A DNA stretch of 10,018 bases from Octopus sinensis. Lineage: Eukaryota. This document shows positions 1 through 8,346 of the stretch, piece by piece (position 1 is the stretch's first letter; every line of letters begins with the position of its first letter). Position numbers and translations under genes: made by a program. The stretch covers positions 1 through 10,018 of the forward strand of contig NW_021827808.1 in assembly GCF_006345805.1 (NCBI RefSeq), written 5' to 3'. The notes under the pieces are model-generated. The model was given only the letters and a program-made list of their open reading frames with translations, was not told where the DNA came from and did not search any database.

Positions 1-108
1 GGTCGATAAATAAAGTACCAGTCTCGCACTGGGTCGATGTAATCGACTTAATCCCTTTGTCTGTCCTTGTTTGTCCCCTCTATGTTTAGCCCCTTGTGGG
101 TAGTAAAG

Positions 109-110
<2 letters not shown>
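1..110 (+). mobile_element. 3' half of a tRNA-derived SINE (family A), cut by the window edge
   Basis: Aligns almost base for base with the reverse complement of 7848-7957 (GGTCGAT..AAGTACCAG..GGGTCGAT.TAATCGACTTAATCC.TTTGTCTGTCCTTGTTTGTC.CCTCTATGTTTAGCCCCTTGTGGGTAGTAAAGA), then runs into (TA)n. Confidence 0.88.
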
Positions 111-158
<48 letters not shown>

Positions 159-350
159 TAGATAGATAGATAGATAGATGATAGATATACACAAACATAC
201 ACAGTCACACAAACACACACATACACACACATATAGGCGTGTGTGTGTGTGTGTGGAATCAAGAAGAGAAAATGGACATAGCATGTCTCATATCTATATA
301 TGTATCTGAGTACACACACACTTGCACACACACACACACACACCACACGT
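111..350. repeat. Compound microsatellite (TA)n/(GATA)n/(CA)n/(TG)n
   Basis: Directly visible tandem di- and tetranucleotide runs. Confidence 0.95.
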
Positions 351-573
351 ACACATATGAGTACGAGACATGTATACAACAACAAGTCGAAGATCAACTA
401 CAACTAAAACAAACATGAAAAATATGGCAGTCCATTGACAAATTATTTGCAGGCAGCCTATAAATCAGGGAAAGGTCATCATAGGCAATATCAAAAGACA
501 GAGAAAGTTTATGGAGAGGCCATAAATAGTTTTTATTAATCCTGACATCATTTTTAAATATATTTTCCCCCAG

Positions 574-592
574 TTTCTGTTCACTGGAATCT
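574..592 (+). other. Candidate 19-nt microexon
   Basis: Branch-point-like CTGAC (542-546), pyrimidine tract TTTTCCCCCAG (AG at 572-573), consensus donor GTGAGT (593-598). No homology evidence. Confidence 0.4.
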
Positions 593-661
593 GTGAGTTT
601 TGGATGTTCTGATTATGTTTTTTTTAATATTTTTGTTTTCTATTTTTATTTTGTTCTAAAG

Positions 662-669
662 ATTCACTT
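662..669 (+). other. Candidate 8-nt microexon
   Basis: Long T-rich tract (~618-657) ending AAAG (AG at 660-661), then ATTCACTT, then GTGAGT (670-675). Confidence 0.35.
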
Positions 670-837
670 GTGAGTCTTTGACGATCATGTACAGATCTAT
701 GTTCATGCTTACGAAGATGTGTGTGTGTGAGTATGTGTGTGTGTGTACTTTATTATCAAAGCTGCAGAAATATCACAAAAATTACTATTCAGAGTTTCAC
801 ATTCCCCTTCATCAGGCAGTTGTGATCCATACAAAAA

Positions 838-880
838 TATATATACATACACACACACACACATACATACATACATACAT

Positions 881-967
<87 letters not shown>
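838..967. repeat. Compound microsatellite (CA)n/(TACA)n/long (TA)n
   Basis: Directly visible; about 80 bp of pure TA. Confidence 0.95.
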
Positions 968-973
<6 letters not shown>

Positions 974-1181
974 CGGGAAGCTTTATGAAAATAATCAAAA
1001 GACGAAGGCAGGTGGAATACAAACAAACAATTGTATTAGTATGGCGCTCAGGAATAGAAATAAAACAAGTCTTTTACGTTTCGAGCCTACGCTCTTCAAC
1101 AGAAAGATACACAGAAAAGAAACACAGAAAGAAACAAGGAGAGAAAAAAAAATGCATGCAGAGGCTAGTGAATCAACATGG
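966..1181 (-). mobile_element. Probable Penelope-like element terminal-repeat fragment carrying a minimal hammerhead motif
   Basis: Non-simple island between microsatellites containing the hammerhead fold at 1070-1107. Minimal type I hammerheads are an established hallmark of Penelope-like element repeats. Boundaries are approximate. Confidence 0.55.
1070..1107 (-). ncRNA. Minimal type I hammerhead ribozyme-like motif (A6U core variant)
   Basis: Minus strand reads UCUUU-CUGUUGA-A-GAGC(GUAG)GCUC-GAAA-CG-UA-AAAGA: 5-bp stem I, perfect 4-bp stem II, GAAA, palindromic ACGU mini stem III, GUA cleavage triplet. Confidence 0.65.
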
Positions 1182-1182
1182 G

Positions 1183-1198
1183 TATGTATATATGTATG

Positions 1199-1232
<34 letters not shown>

Positions 1233-1445
1233 TGTATGTATGTATGTTGATGCAAACAGGAAAAATAGAACTCTAAATATGAATATATGTATGTATTTTT
1301 ATTAATATTTAGCAGAAGCAAAAGAGTATATATATATATACATACATACATATATACATACATATATAGATATAGATAATATACACAAACACACACACAA
1401 ACACACACACACACACACATACATACACACACACACACATATATA
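1183..1445. repeat. (TATG)n, (TA)n and (CA)n microsatellites with a short spacer
   Basis: Directly visible. Confidence 0.9.
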
Positions 1446-1802
1446 AGGGGAAGTGTAAAGACCTCCTTCAGTCACAAATGACTGTGGGATTACCCTCTGA
1501 GGTACGGGTATCTCTGAGGTACAGATACCTCTGAGGTACAGGTGGTCTGGGCAAGATTGTTTGTGGAAGACCAGCAGTCACCCATATGTACCAGTCTCTC
1601 CACTCCATGCCAACAATGTTGTCCAAGGGAAAGGCAAAGACTGATACGGCTAGGCACCAGTGATGTCGTGACTTATTTCTACAACTGAATGATCTGGTGC
1701 AATATGAAATAAAGAACACAACACCACCCAGCCCAGGAATCGAACTCACAACTTCACAATTGTAAACCTAACTCTCTAAACACTGCACCATATGCTTTCA
1801 CA
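1446..1802 (-). mobile_element. tRNA-derived SINE (family B), diverged near-full-length copy
   Basis: Minus-strand tRNA-like head with B box GAGTTCGATTCC (1736-1747). Colinear with 4972-5318 (shared TGGAAGACCAGCA, ATGTTGTCCAAGGGAAAGGCAAAG, GGCACCAGTGATG, ACTTATTTCTACA). Confidence 0.85.
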
Positions 1803-2320
1803 CACACACACACACAACACGCATATATATGTAATGGATAAGAATACATTAAAAATGTGATATACAATAGATACAGTCAATTAGTGCTCGGAGCAGACCA
1901 GATACCTATAATCCAACAGTGAACAAATGAAGACTAAGTTCAGGCAAACTAGAGCTGGCTTTAGTCAACGTATCAGACCAGCTAATGGAAGTCTAATAAA
2001 ATAAAAGCTGGACAGACAGTTGTTAATGGCGTCGGAGCATTTATAAAATAGTTCTATAGACGCGAGTATAAAAATACATATATTAAGCTGAAAAACTGGA
2101 AAATCTGGAAAATGAGAGATCATAGTAATTTTTCAGAGATTGGTAGATATCCTGAAAGTTCGTGCTTTAATGGTATGGATAATAGATGCAAACGGTCATT
2201 CGTAGTGGTTCGTCCTGAGTATATCTCGGTAAAGATCCGGTGAGTTCTCAGTCAAACTCTCTCAAATATGTGTACAGAATATGGGCGTCCACACCCACCC
2301 ACAAACACTCATGCGTGTAT

Positions 2321-2574
2321 GTCGACCCCAGGACTTATTCTTAGTAATCCTTGTACTGATTTTATCTGTCATTTTTACTGAACTGCTAAGTTATAGAGAT
2401 ATAAACACACCAGCACCGGTTGCCAAACACAGACACAAACACATAAATACATACATACATACATACATACATACATACATACATACATACATACATACAC
2501 ACACACATACACACACACATACACACATACATACATACATACATACATACATACATACATACATACATACATAC
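2321..2574 (-). mobile_element. Internal fragment of SINE family C including its (TACA)n tract
   Basis: Direct repeat of 2681-2865 at an offset of about 360 bp; 2349-2397 matches 2709-2757 at 48/49. Confidence 0.85.
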
Positions 2575-2599
2575 AGACGTACATACACAATATTTTTTT

Positions 2600-3028
2600 A
2601 TTCTTTTACTCTTTTACTTGTTTCAGTCTTTTGACTGTAGCCATGTTGGAGCACCACTTTAAAGGGTTTTAGTCGAAAACATCAACTCCAGGGCTTATTC
2701 TTTGTTAGCCTTGTACTGATTTTATCTGTCTTTTTTACTGAACTGCTAAGTTATAGACATAAACATGACAGCATCAGTTGCCAAACAGACACAAACACAT
2801 AAATACATACATACATACATACATACATTCATACATACATATACTACATACATACATATATATATGATGGGATTCTTTCAGTTTCCATCAACCAAATCCA
2901 CTCACAAGGCTTTGATCGACCCGAAGCTATAGTAGAAGACACTTGCCCAAGGTACCATGCAGTGGGACTGAACCCAGAACCATGTGGTTGGGAAGCAGGC
3001 TTTTTACCACATAGTCACACCAGTGCCT
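2600..3028 (-). mobile_element. tRNA-derived SINE (family C), full length with internal (TGTA)n
   Basis: Minus-strand head AGGCACTGGTGTGACTATGTGGTAA..GGGTTCAGTCCC (A- and B-box-like), then CCTTGGGCAAGTGTCTT, an internal microsatellite, and a tail ..GACTGAAACAAGTAAAAGAGTAAAAGA. The head is homologous to 4785-4951. Confidence 0.85.
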
Positions 3029-3418
3029 ACCTACACAAACACACACACACAGCAATAATATTTTCCAAGGTTTCAAGAAATTTGTAAGGACTATTAATTT
3101 ACTGCAGACCAGCACTCTTCCCCACCTCCAACCCTCCTTCCTGGTCCTTTAAACCAACCAAAATAATTGAGTTTGATGAAGGCATTACAGAAAAATTCAG
3201 AAAGAACAACCCAACAACTCCCAACTCCACTGAGTTATTACGATTAGAAAGTCAATTTTCTTTATCACTGCTTAAATATTGCTTATTAGCCAGACTAATG
3301 GACTGCATGGCTAACATCTAACGAGGATCGACTGCCGAGACTTAATTAAATTGCCAACATTAACATGGGTTTGCATAGAATGACCAAACGTAGGAAATCA
3401 AAAGATATGAAGAAAGAA

Positions 3419-3613
3419 ATATATACATACATATATTTATATATATATATATATATGTGGTGTGTGTATGTGTGTGTGTGTGTGTGTCTATATATATATG
3501 CATATATATATATATATATATCTATGTATATGTATATATAGCACATATATATATATTGTGTGTGTGTATATATATATAATATAATATATATATATTATAT
3601 ATATGTGTGTGTG

Positions 3614-3667
<54 letters not shown>

Positions 3668-3760
3668 TATATAATCTATATATACAATAAATGTATAAAA
3701 AGAATAAGACATTTTGCATATATATATATATATATAAATTATATATATATAAATATAAAA
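3419..3760. repeat. Degenerate (TA)n/(TG)n low-complexity block
   Basis: Directly visible. Confidence 0.93.
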
Positions 3761-4042
3761 ATTTATTAAAAAAATAAGACATTTAATGTTTTTGATTGAA
3801 TTTTCCAGTCGATATGAAAAATATTTTAATATTTTATTTCATGTTTCTTTTTTTCTCTATCAATCTCGTATGATAATGTTAATGGACAGACATATACTGG
3901 AATAATTGCTGTTCTAGGCTGTTGCGGAACCAGCCAGAACTTGCGTAAAACCACCGCTGGAATATGTTATTACAGGGCCTACCATAATTGCATGGAGTTA
4001 AATAAAGGAGAGGATATATTTTGATTGAGTTTGCATATTATG

Positions 4043-4044
<2 letters not shown>

Positions 4045-4092
<48 letters not shown>
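4045..4092. repeat. (TA)n microsatellite
   Basis: Directly visible. Confidence 0.95.
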
Positions 4093-4095
<3 letters not shown>

Positions 4096-4429
4096 TGTCT
4101 GATATGCAATGTCTGTCTGTCCGGTAAACATAAACTTGCTGAGTCTGTTTAAGCAATGGCTACACAGTGCGTCAATGCAATCAATATTGCTACATTGTTT
4201 ATTTGGCTAACCTTTGTAGCATTTAAAATGACCTTATGTCCATCGCCTTATACTGATCATAACTCTGTGTGTGTGTGCGTAGGTGGGTGAGATGACCAGG
4301 ATTAACAAGCCATTCCGAAAGGGGTCTTTTGTTTGTTTTTTTTTTGTTTTTTATTTTGGGTGAGCCTTTTTTGGCTGAGGGTTCTTATCTAGTCATTGAA
4401 AAGTAAAGACAAATAAAAAAAATACCTGT

Positions 4430-4750
4430 GCGTTAGTGACACATGAAAGGCACCTGTGCCAGTGGCGCATAAAGGGAACCCACGCTGGTGATATGTAAAA
4501 GGCACTTGTGCCAGTGACACATAAAAGACACTCGTGCCAGTGACACATGAAAGGCACCTGTGCCAGTGGCGCATAAAGGGAACCCACGCTGGTGATATGT
4601 AAAAGGCACTTGTGCCAGTGACACATAAAAGACACTCGTGCCAGTGACACATGAAAGGCACCTGTGCCAGTGACTCATAGAAGGCACCCGTGCTAGTGGC
4701 ACATATAAAGCACCTATGCTACTAACACATAAAAGGTACCCGTGCCAGTG
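4430..4750. repeat. Minisatellite, 26-bp unit x ~12.3, with a 104-bp higher-order repeat
   Basis: Units start at 4430, 4456, 4482 ... 4742, consensus about GTGCCAGTGACACATAAAAGGCACCY. Units 2=6, 3=7, 4=8 and 5=9 are identical. Confidence 0.95.
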
Positions 4751-4784
4751 AGAAGAAGCCCATCATATATATGTATTTACATAT

Positions 4785-4951
4785 ATACGATGGGCTTCTT
4801 TCAGTTTCCGTCTACCAAATTCACTCACAAGGCTTTGGTTGGCCCAAGGCTATAGTGGATGACACATGCCCACGGTACCACGCAGTGGGACTGAAACTGG
4901 AACCATGTGGTTTGTAAGCAAGCTACTTACCACACAACCACTCCTACGCCT
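4785..4951 (-). mobile_element. 5' half of SINE family C
   Basis: Colinear with 2863-3028 (GATGGG.TTCTTTCAGTTTCC, CACTCACAAGGCTTTG, GCAGTGGGACTGAA, AACCATGTGGTT). Confidence 0.88.
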
Positions 4952-4971
4952 ATGTATGTTAAATAAATATT

Positions 4972-5318
4972 ATAAAGGGTAAAGAACCCCTTCAGTTATG
5001 AATGACCATGGGATTGCACCTAGAAAGTTACCCGCTGAGGCACAAGTCCAGGCAAGGTTGTTTATGGAAGACCAGCAATCACCCATGCATACCTGCCTCC
5101 GCTCTCCACACCACCGATGTTGTCCAAGGGAAAGGCAAAGGGGCCGATACAGCTTGGCACCAGTGATGCCACAACTTATTTCTACAGCTGAGTGAACTGG
5201 AGCAACGTGAAATAAAGTGCTTGCTCAAGAACACAACACTCTGCCTGGTCCAGGAATCAAACTCACTACCTCATGATTGTGAGCTCGACGTTCTAACCAC
5301 TGAGCCATGTGCCTTCAC
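4972..5318 (-). mobile_element. tRNA-derived SINE (family B), full length with probable TSD
   Basis: Minus-strand head GTGAAGGCACATGGCTCAGTGGTTAGAA (A box) and GAGTTTGATTCC (B box). Flanked by AAATAAATA at 4961-4969 and 5319-5327. Confidence 0.88.
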
Positions 5319-5544
5319 AAATAAATACTTTAGGGTTTATTGTATTGTTGCCTGAATACTTCACAAGTTGAGGGGTCTGGTTCTAATCAAAGTATGTAGG
5401 ATAACTACTATAGAGATTGTTTGTTTGGTTTGACCAGGGTCCTGTAATGCTGCCTAGACAGTTCTCTGTGCCCCACCATATCCTGGTGCCCTGAGGACAG
5501 GCATTTGATATTGGTTGGGATGGAGTAGGGGATCAGCTTACAAG

Positions 5545-6253
5545 CTGAATGACTGAAAGAGAATGTGAATGAAAGAATGAATGAATCAGAATTGACGTAT
5601 GTGAATAAACGAATGACTGATTGAATGATGAGAGGACTAGATGGATATATATGAATGAATGAGAGTGTAAGAGAATGAATGAATGGGTGAATGAAAGAGT
5701 GAATGAGTGAGTGAATGAGAGACTGGGTGTATGTGTTTGGGGAATTGAATGAATGAGGAACTGAGGGAATGAGAGAACAAATGAATGAAATGATGCTGAA
5801 TGAGTATGAGTGAATGAATGAAAGATTGAGTGAATGAAGAGCAGAGCAAATGAGAAATTGAATAAACAGGTGGATGATGGGTGAATATGAGTGAACGATT
5901 ACGAAAGAGTGAGTGAATAGAAGATAAAGAATAATGAGAGACTGAATGAATTACCAAATGGTGAATGAGTATGAGTGAATGAATGAAAGACTGAATAAAT
6001 GAGAGATTGTGTGAATGATGAATGCGTGTGGATGATGAATGAAATAACAAGAATAAGTTGAATGAATGAGAGACCAATTAAATGAATGAAAGAAAAGCGA
6101 ATGAGTAAATGAGAGAATAAATGGCTGAATGAGATGAATGAAATAATGAGTATGAGAGTAAGTGAAAAAGAAACGATTAAATGAAAGAGGGAATGTGAGA
6201 GAATGAACAAGCGAAGGAGTTTTTCAGTGAATGAATATGACTGGCTGAATGAA
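5545..6253. repeat. Long degenerate (GAAT)n/(GAGT)n purine-rich simple repeat
   Basis: About 700 bp dominated by TGAATGAA and TGAGTGA motifs. Confidence 0.9.
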
Positions 6254-6357
6254 AAGACGTCCGACAACCTCATTTCTTTCTTTCTTTCTTGCTTGCTTTT
6301 TCAGTGTAACTAAATCTGGTTTCTTGAGTGTGTTAATCTGTTAATCCACTTAACATA

Positions 6358-6424
6358 GGTGGTGGTGGTTGTGGTGGTGGTGGTTGTGGTGGTGGTGGTG
6401 GTGGTGGTGGTCGGCGGCGGCGGC
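6358..6424. repeat. (GGT)n then (GGC)n trinucleotide repeat
   Basis: Directly visible. Confidence 0.95.
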
Positions 6425-6571
6425 AGTGGTGTTATTGATTGCGGGGGAGGTGGTACTGACAGTGGTCATAGTGATGGTGTTGACATGCAGCTAAATGGCT
6501 GCTGGCAGTTCCAACACATTCACTGACCACCTGTCTGTGTCACTTTGACTCTCCATCTTGCCAGTCTGTCA

Positions 6572-6574
<3 letters not shown>

Positions 6575-6602
<28 letters not shown>

Positions 6603-6682
6603 AGTCAGTTTTTCTATACATCACCGCAATGCATTTTTTCTATATCTATACATCTATCTATATGAGTCTGTGTGTATGTATG

Positions 6683-6724
<42 letters not shown>
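6575..6724. repeat. (TCTG)n and (TA)n microsatellites with a spacer
   Basis: Directly visible. Confidence 0.85.
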
Positions 6725-6733
<9 letters not shown>

Positions 6734-7016
6734 AAAAGAAAAAAATTTCAAAGCCAAATATGCCGAAAGAGACTTAATCGTCAATAACCATACAATTTAT
6801 CACTATAAGCACACATATTTATCGCTGATGAGGAGAAAATTCTAGATGAATTAACACAGATATTGGGACCGATCCGATAATAACGAAATTTTTTAGAAAT
6901 TCTATCGGCTTGCTTTTGAGACGCATGCTTATAGTGATAAATTATATGGTTGTTGACGATTAAGTCTATTTCGGCATATTTGGCATTGAAATTTTTTTCT
7001 TTTGCCCTTGTTTATA
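6721..7016. mobile_element. MITE-like foldback element with 91-bp terminal inverted repeats
   Basis: 6721-6811 matches the reverse complement of 6926-7016 at 85/91 with no gaps. 114-bp spacer, no ORF, TATA at both outer ends. Confidence 0.85.
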
Positions 7017-7055
7017 AATTTAACTTTTAAAGGTATTTTTTTAATATGCTGGCCA

Positions 7056-8346
7056 TTCAACTCCATAAAAGGACATAAAGCAGCTGCAACTGTTCATGAT
7101 ATCAATGAAACATTTGGTGAGAAAATGACCAGTGAGTGGTCAGCTTGAAAATGGTTTAAGTGATTTTGCAGTGGAGACCTGAACCTTGAAGATCGTGAAT
7201 GTAGTGGACGCCCATCTGTCATTGATGACAGTCAATTAATGACCATCATTGAGAAAGATCCACATAAAACCACTTGAGAACTGGCAAAAGAACTTTAAGT
7301 TATCCAGAAAACTGCCTGTAATCATTAGCTTGCGATTGGAAGATCAGAAAAGCTCAACAAATAGGTACTACTCGATTTGAATGAAAATCAGAAAATGTGC
7401 AGATATGATACTTGCTCGTCACTTCTTCTCCGTAACGAGACCGATCCATTTCTTGACTGTATTGTAACTTGTGATGAAGAGTGGATTCTGTACAATGATA
7501 AAAAAACATTCTTTGCAGTGGTTAGACCAAAATGAAGCATTGAAAACCTTCCCTGAACCTGAGCTCTTGAAAAGGAAGGTTATGGTGGCTGTTTGGTGGT
7601 GTACTGCTGGACCCATCCACTACAACTTCTTAAAACCTGGAAAAACCATTACTACAGAAACATATTGCCATGAAATTTCCAAAATGAACGAAAAACTGCA
7701 ACTCCTCTGTCTCAGACTGGTCAACCGAAGAGGGCCAATCATTCTTCGTGACAATGCTTGACCACACGTTGCACTAATGACGCTCCAGAAGTTGAGGGAA
7801 CTTGGCTACAAAGTTCTTCCCCACCCAGCTTATTCCCCATACCTATTTCTTTACTACCCACAAGGGGCTAAACATAGAGGAGACAAACAAGGACAGACAA
7901 ATGGATTAAGTCGATTATATCGACCCCAGTGTGTAACTGGTACTTATTTAATCGACCCCGAAAGGATGAAAGGCAAAGTCGACTTCAGCGGAATTTGAAC
8001 TCAGAACGTAGCGGCAGACGAAATACGGCTACGCCTTTTCGCCCGACGGGCTAACGTTTCTGCCAGCTCGCCGCCTTATTCTTCATACCTTTCTCCTTCT
8101 GACTACCACTTTTTCAAGCACTTTGATGGTTTCCTTTGAGAGGAGGAGTTCAAAAATCAAACTGATGCTGAAAGTGCATTCAAAGAATTCATCAGCTCCA
8201 GAACTCCAGATTTTTATGTTACCGGAATAAACAAACATGTAAATCATTGGCAAACGTGTGTGTTGGTTGTAATGGTACTTACTTTGAAGAATAAAGTTTC
8301 CGCATGGTTGGAATATATTGTGATGAATTTCATGTTTCAAAACGCA
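7056..8346 (+). pseudogene. Degenerate mariner (DD34D, Hsmar1/SETMAR-like) transposase; termini incomplete
   Basis: Manual translation gives KGHKAA..KWFK*FCSGDLNLEDRECSGRP..TT*ELA..KLNK*VLLDL (WVPHEL site)..FLDCIVTCDEEWILYN, a frameshift at the A run 7500-7507, then KVMVAVWW..RDNA*PH..HPAYSPYL[SINE]SPSDYHFFKH..WQTCV..NGTYFEE* (stop 8292-8294). Catalytic D codons at 7473, 7750 and 8101, with 34 residues between the last two once the SINE and one TSD are removed. Eight in-frame stops and two frameshifts. Confidence 0.95.
7845..8075 (-). mobile_element. tRNA-derived SINE (family A), full length, inserted into the mariner
   Basis: Minus-strand head GGCGGCGAGCTGGCAGAAACGTTAG..GAGTTCAAATTCC (A and B boxes). 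TSD TTATTCCCCATACCT (7830-7844) and TTATTCTTCATACCT (8076-8090), 13/15 identical. Confidence 0.92.

Noticed and set aside
48-3782. Many 60-190 aa ORFs rich in YI, CV, HT and MYVC
   Set aside because: They are translations of TA, CA and TACA microsatellites or of SINE sequence, with no protein-like content.
3911-3940. Bulged hairpin GTTCT(A)GGCTGTT-GCGG-AA(C)CAGCCAGAAC
   Set aside because: Short and isolated, with no downstream CTAG (Helitron end) or other context; compatible with chance.
4389-4750. Repeat array as a CRISPR, or its ORFs as Cys/His-rich proteins
   Set aside because: Units are head-to-tail with no unique spacers, there are no cas genes, and the context is eukaryotic. The ORFs are a by-product of the 26-bp period.
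5240-5318. tRNA gene calls at SINE heads (also about 1730-1802, 2960-3028, 7990-8075)
   Set aside because: A and B boxes are present, but I could not build a convincing cloverleaf, and each continues into a SINE body.
5637-6273. 146-aa and 124-aa His/Ser/Phe-rich ORFs
   Set aside because: Translations of the degenerate (ATTC)n repeat.
6358-6424. (GGT)n as a G-quadruplex or poly-Gly exon
   Set aside because: Only two-G runs and no supporting splice or ORF context; an ordinary microsatellite.
6825-6905. CTGATGAG..CGAAA in the MITE spacer as a hammerhead
   Set aside because: Stem II and stem I cannot be paired around the core.
7056-8294. Functional SETMAR or domesticated transposase
   Set aside because: No SET domain, eight stops, two frameshifts and a SINE insertion.
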